Source of the DNA: Spirulina sp.
GTDB lineage: Bacteria; Cyanobacteriota; Cyanobacteriia; Phormidesmidales; Phormidesmidaceae
Assembly: GCA_044070495.1 (NCBI GenBank)
Contig: JBIPSI010000016.1
Coordinates: 32,001-96,000, forward strand
Length of the DNA stretch: 64,000 nucleotides
Reading direction: 5' to 3'
Part shown: one piece after another, positions 40,423-50,713 of the stretch
Position numbering within the stretch: the stretch's first letter is position 1
Layout: every line of letters begins with the position of its first letter
Translations under genes and position numbers: made by a program
The notes under the pieces: generated by a model
Seen by the model: only the letters and a program-made list of their open reading frames with translations
The model's database searches: none
What the model was told of the DNA's origin: nothing

Positions 40423-42234
40423 GTATCCGACTATAACGGTTCTCGATAGAGTGAGATACACCGTTGCTAGGTTCTAGATCCCCCCAGTACCTAGCTGTCT
40501 AAGTTTTACTCTATACCCCCCTTATCAAGGGGGGCAGGGGGGATCATCACAATGTACTTTACCCAAGTGACATCCGCTCTAACTATTCCGAGAATAGTCC
40601 CTCGTTAGGCGATTTCCAATTAAAGACACTGCATTTGACGGCGACACACTGTTGTTTCCAACTATCCCGAAATTAGCCCTCCGGTAGGGGGACCTTCTTC
40701 TTCAAGAAATGCCTGATGTTGATGGAGAAAACTCGTTTCCAACTATTCCGAAATTAGCCCTTCGGCAGGGTTCCTGGAGCCTAGTCAACAAGTGGAACAT
40801 GATTCGCACCTTTGCGTTTCCAACTATTCCGAAATTAGCCCTTCGGTAGGAAACATAGGAGAGTAAGTATGAAACCCTGTGGAATTAATGGTTTCCAACT
40901 ATTCCGAAATTAGCCCTTCGGTAGGGTAGGTTATTGGGCAGGTGAGATTACATTTTTCTTCGGTTTCCAACTATTCCGAAATTAGCCCTTCGGCAGGGTC
41001 TTTCGCGCCCTTGAAACAGGGGACGCAAGCGGCCTACTTGGTTTCCAACTATTCCGAAATTAGCCCTTCGGTAGGGCCGCTACCTAAGCCTATCAAGCGC
41101 AATGCTAAGCCTGTGTAGTTTCCAACTATTCCGAAATTAGCCCTTCGGTAGGGCACCCCGCACACGCCGACCAACAACAGACCAATAGGACTTTAGGTTT
41201 CCAACTATTCCGAAATTAGCCCTTCGGTAGGGCGTCCCAGCCCAGCCCAGATCAAGGCCAAGGGTGCTGTGACTGTTATGGGGTTTCCAACTATTCCGAA
41301 ATTAGCCCTTCGGTAGGGTAATGGTGAAATCCAAAACCGAAGCTGGGGGATTGGTTTCCAACTATTCCGAAATTAGCCCTTCGGCAGGGCTGGCAAAACT
41401 TCACCGAGGAGTTGATCGAGGAGGCTATAGAGTTTCCAACTATTCCGAAATTAGCCCTTCGGTAGGGGGTCGCACATTCAACAAGTGTTGAGCACTGCTG
41501 CAACTGAGTTTCCAACTATTCCGAAATTAGCTCTTCGGTAGGGCAACACTGACAATCGCTCTGCTGACTCTTCTACATGCTTTGGTCGGTTTCCAACTAC
41601 TCCGAAATTAGCCCTTCGGTAGGGCACAGAAAAAGAAAATATTGTAGACGGGTTCTATGAGCTAGGGTTTCCAACTATTCCGAAATTAGCCCTTCGGTAG
41701 GGAAGGCTCCTGAAAAAATTGGAGAAGGCCAGGTGGTCCAAGTGTTTCCAACTATTCCGAAATTAGCCCTTCGGTAGGGGGAGAATAGCACTGCCCAAGA
41801 GGTCATTAGCAGTCGTTTCCAACTATTCCGAAATTAGCCCTTCGGTAGGGAAACAGCTTCTCCGGAGCAGGTTCCAGCTCTAGTCTAGGTTTCCAACTAT
41901 TCCGAAATTAGCCCTTCGGTAGGGGCGTTCCAGATTTGGCACTTCGGTTTCACTAAAACAGGCTAGTTTCCAACTATTCCGAAATTAGCCCTTCGGTAGG
42001 GTTCCGTACAATTTGATTGACTTTGTTACGCTTCTGATTGTTTTGGGGTTTCCAACTATTCCGAAATTAGCCCTTCGGTAGGGTCGTGCCCCCTTTGGTT
42101 CTTACAATGCAGGCGTTCTTCTATAACTAAAGACCTCAGTAAGTACCTTAATCAAGTCGTGCCCCCTTTGGTTCTTACAATGCAGGCGTTCTAGATTCGT
42201 TTCCAACTATTCCGAAGTTAGCCCTTCGGTAGGA
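40423..42234 (-). CRISPR. CRISPR array 2: 20 repeats plus a MITE-split degenerate terminal repeat
   Basis: Same 36-bp repeat from 40654 to 42199; regular spacers about 35-50 bp plus one anomalous 115-bp spacer at 42084-42198. Confidence 0.97.
40432..40581. mobile_element. MITE-like element inserted in the terminal CRISPR repeat
   Basis: Imperfect 29-bp TIRs TATAACGGTTCTCGATAGAGTGAGATACA / TGTACTTTACCCAAGTGACATCCGCTCTA; internal CCCCCCTTATCAAGGGGGG hairpin; ACTA duplicated at the junctions. Confidence 0.65.
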
Positions 42235-42471
42235 AAGTTACGATCAATGGTGGAAAACCACAAAGGATCTCCATCACACTCTAGCCTACCCAAACCGAGA
42301 GGCTGTCCCTAGAATCTGCCAAACATTAAGCCCCCGTGATACGGCGTAGCAAACCGCAGTAAAACGTTATGGTTCGCAGGACAGAGCGAAGAAATCCTTA
42401 AATCTGAGCCGTAATCATTGCTCTTGCCCGTAGCCTTGGCCTTAACGCTCCGCCGTTCCGACACCTAGGCC
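42235..42471. promoter_or_regulatory. Probable CRISPR leader and divergent promoter (array 2 leftwards, cmr operon rightwards)
   Basis: Non-coding gap between the inferred first repeat and the cas10 start; positional inference only. Confidence 0.5.
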
Positions 42472-44157
42472 ATGCCCTCGCCTGTCTATACCGCCATCAC
42501 CTTTGCCCCCGTGCAGGGCTTCATCGAAAAATCGCGCAAACTGCGAGATCTCTACGGGAGTTCGCTAATTTTGTCCTACCTGGCGGATCAACTTTGCGAT
42601 GCCGCGAGGGCCACCCTAGCCAGCCCTAATGCCCAATGGCCAGAGGATCCCGTCATTTCCCCAGCCCACATTAACGTGACCCAAGGCACCCCCAACCAAA
42701 TCCTGATTCGGGGAGAGTTTTCTGAGCCTGTCGCTGCCCAAGCCTTCAAAACCGCTTGGCGCGACCTGTGCAACACCTGTCGAGCGTGGATCGAAACCCA
42801 GGTTAGCACCCAACCCAACGGCCAACCCTGGGCCTACCACTGGGCGCGGCCTTGGCAAGAATGGGTCAACCATGCCTGGGAATTTTTCCATGCCACTGGC
42901 CCCAGCCCAGAACAGGCCAAACAAACCTTGATGGCCAAAAAACAAGCCCGTGCCTGGACGGGGGTGAACTGGGTGGGCGAAAGTTCTACCCTGTCGGGGC
43001 TAGATTCGCGGGCGTGGCCCTTACTGGGGCGGCACTCTCCCCACCAACGCCCCAAGGCCGAAGAAGAGACCGAAGTCACCACCTTTTACCAACAGCTCAG
43101 CGAGGCCATCGGCGCAACCGGAGAAGCCATCATCACCCCCAGGGAACAGCTCAGCATTCCCGAACTGGTGAAACGGCTGGTGACGGTGGAGGCCGTGGTG
43201 GGCCACAACCCAGAACTGGGTACCCTAATGAGCTTTAAAGACCTCAACCGCTGGCACGATCCAGAGGTAGACGACCTGCCCGACGAAGCCCAGCGCCGTC
43301 CCGAAGACTCCCAGCCGGGACGCTGGACAGGCTGGTTTCAGGGCGATGGGGATCGTGTCAGCGACCATTTACGGGGACAATCCCCCGATGCCCTCCACGA
43401 CTTTAGCCATCAACTGCGGCGGTGGGGTCGCCAGTTGCCCCGTCATCTGCCCAAAGCCACCACCCAGCGCCGCACCCTAGATCGCGATGGGCGGATCATC
43501 TATGCAGGCGGCGACGACTTCCTGGGCGTCCTCTATCGCAATGAACCCGACCCACCCTTGGCCCCCGCCGAGGCCGTGGCTTGGCTGTCGCAGTTTCGTT
43601 CCCACATTTGGAGTCTGCACCAGCAGCCGATTACCGTCAGCGTGGGCTTTGTGTGGGCGGCCCCCAACGTGCCCCAGCGAGACGTGTTGCAGCACTGCCG
43701 CGAAGCCCAGGACTCGGCCAAGCAGCACGGACGAGATCGCATTGCCTTTCGCCTTCTGTTTAACGGTGGCAACTGGCTAGAGTGGGTCTGTCCTTGGTGG
43801 TTGCTAGAGGCGGGGTTGCTGGAGTCTTACCGAGATCGCAACGGGGTGCAGGGAACCACCAACGCCCCCAACTGGACACATCTCTATAACGACATCGCCA
43901 CCCTAGAGGCCCGCCACGGCTTTGATGCCCAGGGTGATGTGGCCCTAGCCCTGGTGACGATCTACTTTGGAGAAGACCTCTGTACCCTCATCCGTCAGCA
44001 CCGTTGGGATACCCCAGACCGCACCGGAATTTTGGGCCACTCCGCCCCAGAGGCCATCGCGATCACCGCCTGGGTGATCGCCCTCGCCAAGGTCGGCTTC
44101 CATCTGCATCGCCTTGGGGTTAACCGGGACTACATCGCTACCCCCATAGCCGCCTAG
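42472..44157 (+). CDS. cas10: Cas10/Cmr2, short form without HD domain
   Basis: N-terminal ITFAPVQGFIEKSRKLRDLYGSS, GDGD, palm motif IIYAGGDDFLG, ITVSVG. Confidence 0.95.
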   Translation: MPSPVYTAITFAPVQGFIEKSRKLRDLYGSSLILSYLADQLCDAARATLASPNAQWPEDPVISPAHINVTQGTPNQILIRGEFSEPVAAQAFKTAWRDLCNTCRAWIETQVSTQPNGQPWAYHWARPWQEWVNHAWEFFHATGPSPEQAKQTLMAKKQARAWTGVNWVGESSTLSGLDSRAWPLLGRHSPHQRPKAEEETEVTTFYQQLSEAIGATGEAIITPREQLSIPELVKRLVTVEAVVGHNPELGTLMSFKDLNRWHDPEVDDLPDEAQRRPEDSQPGRWTGWFQGDGDRVSDHLRGQSPDALHDFSHQLRRWGRQLPRHLPKATTQRRTLDRDGRIIYAGGDDFLGVLYRNEPDPPLAPAEAVAWLSQFRSHIWSLHQQPITVSVGFVWAAPNVPQRDVLQHCREAQDSAKQHGRDRIAFRLLFNGGNWLEWVCPWWLLEAGLLESYRDRNGVQGTTNAPNWTHLYNDIATLEARHGFDAQGDVALALVTIYFGEDLCTLIRQHRWDTPDRTGILGHSAPEAIAITAWVIALAKVGFHLHRLGVNRDYIATPIAA

Positions 44158-44167
44158 GAATCACTGA

Positions 44168-45232
<1,065 letters not shown>

Positions 45233-45317
45233 TCCCAATCCCCCGCACAGGCACACCGCTGGTCACCAAAATCCCAGCCCTCCCCCCCAGCCCCTTCACA
45301 CTTTCACACTTTCACCC

Positions 45318-46127
45318 ATGTACCACAAAGCCTACGGCATCATCGAAACCCTAGCCCCGCTCCATATAGGGGCCAGCGCCGGAGAAGAAACCGGAAACCT
45401 CAACCTGATTTTTCGCGACCAGTTCACCCAAACGGGCATTATTCCCGGTAGCTCGATTCGGGGGCGGTTCCGGGCCGATATGCGGCAGATCGACGGAGCT
45501 TCTGCCCAGCAGTGGTATGGCCATGAGGCCGTGGCGGGGGCAGAGGATGGCGGCACCACCGAAGCCCTGGTGAAGTTTGAGTATGCATCGTTGGTGTGGC
45601 TGCCAGTGTTCTGTCCAGGCCAGCCGATTTTATGGGTAACGTGCCCTTGGCTGCTGAAGCGCTACCAACGCATTGCGGAGATTGCCGATCCGATTCCCGA
45701 CCCCTACACAGCCTCCCCCGGTCTTCAGGGCCGCCAGGTGGGCACCGGAGGCAAAGTGTTGTTTTTCAACCTGGGCTTTCTGACGCTGGAACATGAGGTG
45801 GATTTGTCCCCCTGGATTCCGGCGGGGGTAGATCTGCGGGCCGATAGCTTAGTGGTGGTAGACAACCGCGACATCAGCATGATCCACGACATGGCCCTCT
45901 ATCGCCAAAGCCGGGTGCGCCTAGAGGATGACCAAAAGAAAGTGGCATCGGGCGCTTTCTTTAATGTGGAAGCCCTACCGGAGGGCTGCATTTTGGTGTT
46001 TCCGGTTGCCCTCAAAGCGCCAGACTGGCAACCCTTTGGTTCGGCCCAGACCCAGGAACTTTACTTTGGCGGGCTAGAATCCATCGGCTTTGGCCGTTGT
46101 TACGTCACCCTAGCGGGAGGGAATTAG
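45318..46127 (+). CDS. cmr4: Cmr4 (Cas7 group RAMP)
   Basis: TLAPLHIGA, IFRD, IPGSSIRGRFR, FNVEALPEG, FGGLESIGFG. Confidence 0.92.
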   Translation: MYHKAYGIIETLAPLHIGASAGEETGNLNLIFRDQFTQTGIIPGSSIRGRFRADMRQIDGASAQQWYGHEAVAGAEDGGTTEALVKFEYASLVWLPVFCPGQPILWVTCPWLLKRYQRIAEIADPIPDPYTASPGLQGRQVGTGGKVLFFNLGFLTLEHEVDLSPWIPAGVDLRADSLVVVDNRDISMIHDMALYRQSRVRLEDDQKKVASGAFFNVEALPEGCILVFPVALKAPDWQPFGSAQTQELYFGGLESIGFGRCYVTLAGGN

Positions 46128-46129
46128 TC

Positions 46130-46525
46130 ATGGCTTGGGAATCCTACGGACTCGATCAACTGGCTCAACAACTGGTGTTAGATGCCAAGGCCAGGGAACC
46201 GCAATCCCTGAATCAGGCCTACAAAATGCGGATGGCCACCGCCTACGGCCTAGAGCGTTTTTGGGGCGAACATCTGCGGCTGCAACGGCGAGAACTGAAT
46301 GCCTCTCTGTTTTGGCAAGAAACCTGGGCCGCCTTGGTAACGGTGATGGCCCGCGCTGGGGTCAACCTGCCGAATCAGCGGGTGAACTCCGACGATGTGG
46401 CCTCCATTCGCGCTATTTCCGAAGCCCTGTGGCAGTTGCCCCTCAGCGACCAGCGGGTGGCCCTAGCGGTGTTGACCCAGCTTTGCGACAGCCTCGTTTG
46501 GTGGACGCAGCGCTACAAGGGGTAA
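46130..46525 (+). CDS. cmr5: Cmr5 small subunit (Cas11)
   Basis: 131-aa helical protein between cmr4 and the Cmr6-like RAMP; AYGLERF, WWTQRYK. Confidence 0.75.
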   Translation: MAWESYGLDQLAQQLVLDAKAREPQSLNQAYKMRMATAYGLERFWGEHLRLQRRELNASLFWQETWAALVTVMARAGVNLPNQRVNSDDVASIRAISEALWQLPLSDQRVALAVLTQLCDSLVWWTQRYKG

Positions 46526-46649
46526 GTCGGGTTCACACACCCGTAACGCACTTGATTTATAAGGCTTTGATGCCTGACGCTAGCCCATCCTCCAGACTTC
46601 CAACCCTCCCATTGCGCTGATCTGGCTTAGGTTTCAGCTTTTTTACCCA

Positions 46650-48386
46650 ATGCCCTCGACCATGCCAACTTCACCTAACATCCCAAACATAACCACTCGC
46701 GTACCCATGATGTTTCGGGCACAGGTGCCAGGTCGCTGCCAACTTCAGCGCATTGATCCACAGCGTAGTAAGGACGGCATCGATCAAGATGTAGAGCGTT
46801 GGGTGGATGAGTGGATTGATAAAACGAGCGACGATCCGCCCCAATCTAGCCGCACCGAAAACAGCCGCGTGTACGACATCACCTGGCGGTTTGTCACCAA
46901 TGGCGGCCAAGACGATGGCATCATTCGTCCGGTGATTGGGGCCTATGGCTGGCCTGTATATCCGGGCAGCAGTATGAAAGGAGCCTTTCGCCAAGCCTGT
47001 ACCATTACCCAAGCCGACCGTTACTGTGGACGGGCCGTTGGCCAAGATTTCCAGCCTGGTATTTTGCGATTCCACGGGGGCTATCCCACCAGTACCGACT
47101 GGACGGATGGCCTGGTGGATATCATCCACCCTCAACAGGATCGCCAGGTTAAGCAGGAACAAACGACCAGCGCCTTTGCCCAAATTTCCCTCTATCAGCC
47201 CCAGTTGCGGTTTGCCATCTCCAGCACCGAACCCCTAGAGGCCACGGAATGGGAGATCATTTGGCAAATTTGGGAGCGGGCGTCGCACAACGGCCTGGGC
47301 TGCCGCGTTAGTGCGGGCTATGGCCAGGTTCTCTTGCCTGCGGATCGCCCAAAAAATGGGGATTCTGGTGAAGTCCTATTCCAAGCCCATCTAAAGGGGC
47401 AGGGGCAAGCGCCTAAGTTGATTGATCAGGCTGGGGAGTTTCGGCCCAATGTATTCCGGGCGGCGGTGCGGGGCCATGCCTTGCGATTATTTGGTGGCCT
47501 AACTTCGGCAGAGCAGGCGGAGGCGTTGGTCAACGGTCTCTTTGGCAGTGTGCGAGGCAGTGGCGATGTGGGACTGCTGGCCCTCCAGTTTCAAACTCGC
47601 CATTTAACCTTGGACAGCTACGGCACCGGGAAATGGGAGCAGCCCACCTATGCCGTAGATGGTGATCTATCTTGGCGACTTACCCGATCCTTACCAGATG
47701 CCGACCAGCGGACAGCGTTAGCAAATTTGGTGCGGGCGCTGATGCATTTTTCCATGGTGTTTGGCGGCTTTGGCAAATCCTGGCGACGGGCCGATCATCG
47801 CCTCTTTTACCCCGACTATGCCGAGCAACCCAACAAGCCCCTGATTGGTTGCCACTGGCAATGGGGGGCCGAGTCCCTTCAGCAGAACTATCAAGTTCGC
47901 AAGTCAGAGCAAATTCCCTCCTTCCTAAATGCCGTACGGGGCGTGGCGCGGCAATGGATTCGGCTCCAGGGGGCCGAGTCTAACCAGCGGGCCACCCACT
48001 GGCGCGAAGCTTGGCACCCGCAGACGGTTCAAGTGTGGGGGCGCGTAGCCACCCACCAAGACGACAGCCTCGCCATCGAATGGTTGCACCGTCCCTATCA
48101 AGAGGCGATTCGGGCGGCTGGCATCCCCGAAGGATCGATCTACAAAACCTCGGTCACGGGAGAACTGGGGCGCATTGGTCGTCTATGGCATCGGATGTAT
48201 CCTGTGGTGCGGCTGGCAAAACGGAAGGATGACCCCCAGGGCAAACCCAGGGCCATTCTGCCGCCAAATCCCCAGTATTTAGAACTTCTGACCCTTTTTC
48301 CGGATGATTCCACGGAATACCAGCAATTTCTGCAATTTCTTCAGCAGCAGCAAACGGCGTTTACCCCGCTTTGGCCAGCACCCTAG
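46650..48386 (+). CDS. cmr6: Double-RAMP protein, Cmr6-Cmr1 fusion
   Basis: First RAMP: YPGSSMKGAFR and GLGCRVSAGYG. Second RAMP: EFRPNVFRAAVRGHALR and GGFGKSWRR. Confidence 0.85.
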   Translation: MPSTMPTSPNIPNITTRVPMMFRAQVPGRCQLQRIDPQRSKDGIDQDVERWVDEWIDKTSDDPPQSSRTENSRVYDITWRFVTNGGQDDGIIRPVIGAYGWPVYPGSSMKGAFRQACTITQADRYCGRAVGQDFQPGILRFHGGYPTSTDWTDGLVDIIHPQQDRQVKQEQTTSAFAQISLYQPQLRFAISSTEPLEATEWEIIWQIWERASHNGLGCRVSAGYGQVLLPADRPKNGDSGEVLFQAHLKGQGQAPKLIDQAGEFRPNVFRAAVRGHALRLFGGLTSAEQAEALVNGLFGSVRGSGDVGLLALQFQTRHLTLDSYGTGKWEQPTYAVDGDLSWRLTRSLPDADQRTALANLVRALMHFSMVFGGFGKSWRRADHRLFYPDYAEQPNKPLIGCHWQWGAESLQQNYQVRKSEQIPSFLNAVRGVARQWIRLQGAESNQRATHWREAWHPQTVQVWGRVATHQDDSLAIEWLHRPYQEAIRAAGIPEGSIYKTSVTGELGRIGRLWHRMYPVVRLAKRKDDPQGKPRAILPPNPQYLELLTLFPDDSTEYQQFLQFLQQQQTAFTPLWPAP

Positions 48387-48466
48387 CCCCCTACTAAAGG
48401 CCCCCAGTTCCTTGAAGAAACCGGGGGTCTTGAAGACAGATAGATCCTTGTAGATCCTTGAGCCGC

Positions 48467-48763
48467 CTAAGCCTCTGAACTGGACTTTGGATCGTCGTTG
48501 TCGTCGTTGTAGAGGGCATCGAGTTGTTCGCGGGCATCCTTCACGGAGATAGACCGCATCACCAGCAGCGGTTCCCGAATTACCTGTCCATCTTGATCCA
48601 GCAATTCTGGGTGAGGCACCGGACGGCGACTGTCGTTACCGTAGGCGCTGGGGGATTGCGAGGTACGGGCATTGTTGCCGAGCAAAATGATATTTCTCAC
48701 CAGATTGGCAATGGCCAGAATGGCGAGAGCCGCAAACGCAATGATGTAAATTACCTGCCACAT
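48467..48763 (-). CDS. DUF2973 family protein
   Basis: N-terminal TM, PHPELLD..G....EPLLVMRS, AREQLDALY. Confidence 0.85.
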   Translation of the reverse strand: MWQVIYIIAFAALAILAIANLVRNIILLGNNARTSQSPSAYGNDSRRPVPHPELLDQDGQVIREPLLVMRSISVKDAREQLDALYNDDNDDPKSSSEA

Positions 48764-48863
48764 GACTTGTATCCTCTGGCCAATCGTTGCCTGTATTGAC
48801 TGTAACCTGTTTACCCTGATTATGGCCCATCCCTAGAAGCTAAATTCGCCCCCAGATCCGAGG

Positions 48864-49208
48864 CTAAGGGGATAGGGATCGATGGCGACGGGCGACCATC
48901 CAACATTCCGCCACTAGGGCGTGCCAAGCCATCACCTGGGCCGGATCCACACCCACCTGGCCATCGGTAACCGCCAAGAGAGAGGCCGCCGTTTGGGTCT
49001 CGGCCATGGCTTCCCTGAGGCGGTTGAGTAAGTTGGCCTGATCCTCAACGCTAGTGCCTTGCAGTGGCCCCTCCTCAAGCAACGCGAGGGAACGCTGAAA
49101 CCAGTATTGAAAATCGTCTAGCAAGGGCGAAAGCACCCGGGCCAGCAGGGTTGTTTGGTTGGGGTTAACCCCATCGGCAGGGGCACCATCGAAGGGGGAA
49201 GGCGGCAT
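48864..49208 (-). CDS. DUF2605 family protein
   Basis: LSPLLDDFQYWFQRS..LL, WH.LV.ECW. Confidence 0.85.
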   Translation of the reverse strand: MPPSPFDGAPADGVNPNQTTLLARVLSPLLDDFQYWFQRSLALLEEGPLQGTSVEDQANLLNRLREAMAETQTAASLLAVTDGQVGVDPAQVMAWHALVAECWMVARRHRSLSP

Positions 49209-49315
49209 GACGGTTGTTTGGGATGACTAGGGCTAGGGTGAATGCTCGCAGTCTAGGCATCTATGCCTTGATCCTAACGCAACCTTAAGGATTGGTTGAG
49301 CCAGGACGAAGGGAT

Positions 49316-49567
49316 TCAGGGAGCAATTGCCGTTTCCTCCCGTGGCCCTAGGGGTTGCCATCCGGCTTGCCAAAGATCGCGGTTTTTCAGTTGTTTGGCA
49401 TTCACCCACAGCCGCACCGAAGGATCGCAGGAGGCCACCAGTTCCGCAAACACCCAGTCGCCCTCCTGTTTGCGGTTGGCCACCTGGAAATGTCGCCAGC
49501 CTTCGGTGGCGTGGCGGGCCGTCCATTTAGAACCCAGCAGGTGGGGAAATTTTTGTTTACGAGCCAT
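49316..49567 (-). CDS. TIGR02450 family tryptophan-rich protein
   Basis: KQKFPHLLGSKWTA....GWRHFQV, W..GW. Confidence 0.88.
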   Translation of the reverse strand: MARKQKFPHLLGSKWTARHATEGWRHFQVANRKQEGDWVFAELVASCDPSVRLWVNAKQLKNRDLWQAGWQPLGPREETAIAP

Positions 49568-49794
49568 CGGAAACCATGAAAATCAAGGGTTTTGCTGTAA
49601 GGTACAAGCGCGAAGCAATTCACCAAAACCCATCCATACCATCATAAACCCGCTATGGGCGTAGGGTGGCCAAGGGGGTGGTGCATTGCGGCCAAGGGGT
49701 GGTGCCGCAGGGGCGAAGGATGACGGTGCCGCGAATACCCCATCGCTACCTAGCCAAAGGATATGATGAAGGGGCCGCAACCCAAGATCGGACT

Positions 49795-50064
49795 ATGCCT
49801 GTCGTCTCGATGTTCTATGGGGTAATCGTACTGATGTATTTCTTTGATAATAGGAAGCATCATCAGCCCCATATTCATGTGAAATACCAGGGCGAAGAAG
49901 CCGTGATCTCAATTCCAGATGGATTGGTCTTGGAGGGTAAGCTACGTAGCTCAAAGCTGAAGCTAGTGTTGGCTTGGGTTGAGATTCATCAAGACGAGTT
50001 GATGGCAAACTGGGAATTAGCGATTGCGGGTGAGCAGATTTTCAAAATTGAGCCGTTACGATAG
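49795..50064 (+). CDS. DUF4160 protein (putative TA component)
   Basis: MPVVSMFYGVIVLMY, HHQPHIHV.Y, WVEIHQDELMANW. Confidence 0.9.
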   Translation: MPVVSMFYGVIVLMYFFDNRKHHQPHIHVKYQGEEAVISIPDGLVLEGKLRSSKLKLVLAWVEIHQDELMANWELAIAGEQIFKIEPLR

Positions 50065-50074
50065 GAGTAGAAAC

Positions 50075-50335
50075 ATGATGTCTCCTAAAGTGGTTAAGCT
50101 AGAAGCCCTAGAAAATAGCTGTCTACGATTGTTTTTTGACAACGGTGAAACTCGTATTTTTGATGTCTCACCCTATCTAGAAAAGGGCTTCTTTAAGGAG
50201 TTGCAAAATAGTCACTACTTCAAGCAGGCTAAACCTTTCTTTGGCGGTGTGCAGTGGCCTCACGAACAAGATTTTGGCCCAGATACCCTATTCCTAGAAA
50301 GCACCCTAGAAAGCGTTTGGGATGTAGCAGGATAA
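50075..50335 (+). CDS. DUF2442 protein (putative TA partner)
   Basis: LRLFFDNGE...FDV.PYL..G.F, VQWP.EQDFGPDTL; RBS AGGAG. Confidence 0.88.
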   Translation: MMSPKVVKLEALENSCLRLFFDNGETRIFDVSPYLEKGFFKELQNSHYFKQAKPFFGGVQWPHEQDFGPDTLFLESTLESVWDVAG

Positions 50336-50345
50336 TGAACCGATT

Positions 50346-50496
50346 GGTACATAACGCCAAGGCGAGGCTAGCGCCAACGCGAAGCAATGCACCAAAGCCA
50401 TATACAGGGAAATTCGTGATGAGTAAGCGGTGCATTGTGGCCAAAATGATTGATCGCGCCATTGCCGAAAATGTTGGTGCCGCGAATGTACCCTAC
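50346..50496. repeat. REP-like hairpins immediately upstream of the Y1 transposase
   Basis: 50346-50394 matches the reverse complement of 1721-1769 at 47/49; 50429-50496 is GGTGCATTG...AATGTACCCTAC. Confidence 0.8.
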
Positions 50497-50713
50497 GGCT
50501 ATGGCGAGACCTAAACGCAGTTTTCAGACGGGCTATTGCTACCACGTTACGGTTCGCTGCAATAACCGCGAGTTTCGATTAATTCGGGATGAGTGCCGGG
50601 AGATTTTGCTGTACGCCTTGGAGCGCTGCAAGGCAACATACGGCTTCAAGCTCTATGCCCTGTGCATTATGAGCAACCATGTGCATTACCTGATTGAGCC
50701 TGGTGGGGTAGAA

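Noticed and set aside
38372..41282. Similarity between spacer CAGATCAGGCCAAGGTGC (array 1) and CAGATCAAGGCCAAGGGTGC (array 2)
   Set aside because: Short, needs two indels and the flanks differ; probably chance.
38583..41515. ORFs crossing the CRISPR arrays, and the 47-codon N-terminal extension of 38755-39600
   Set aside because: Translation of repeats and a palindrome; the probable start is ATG 38896.
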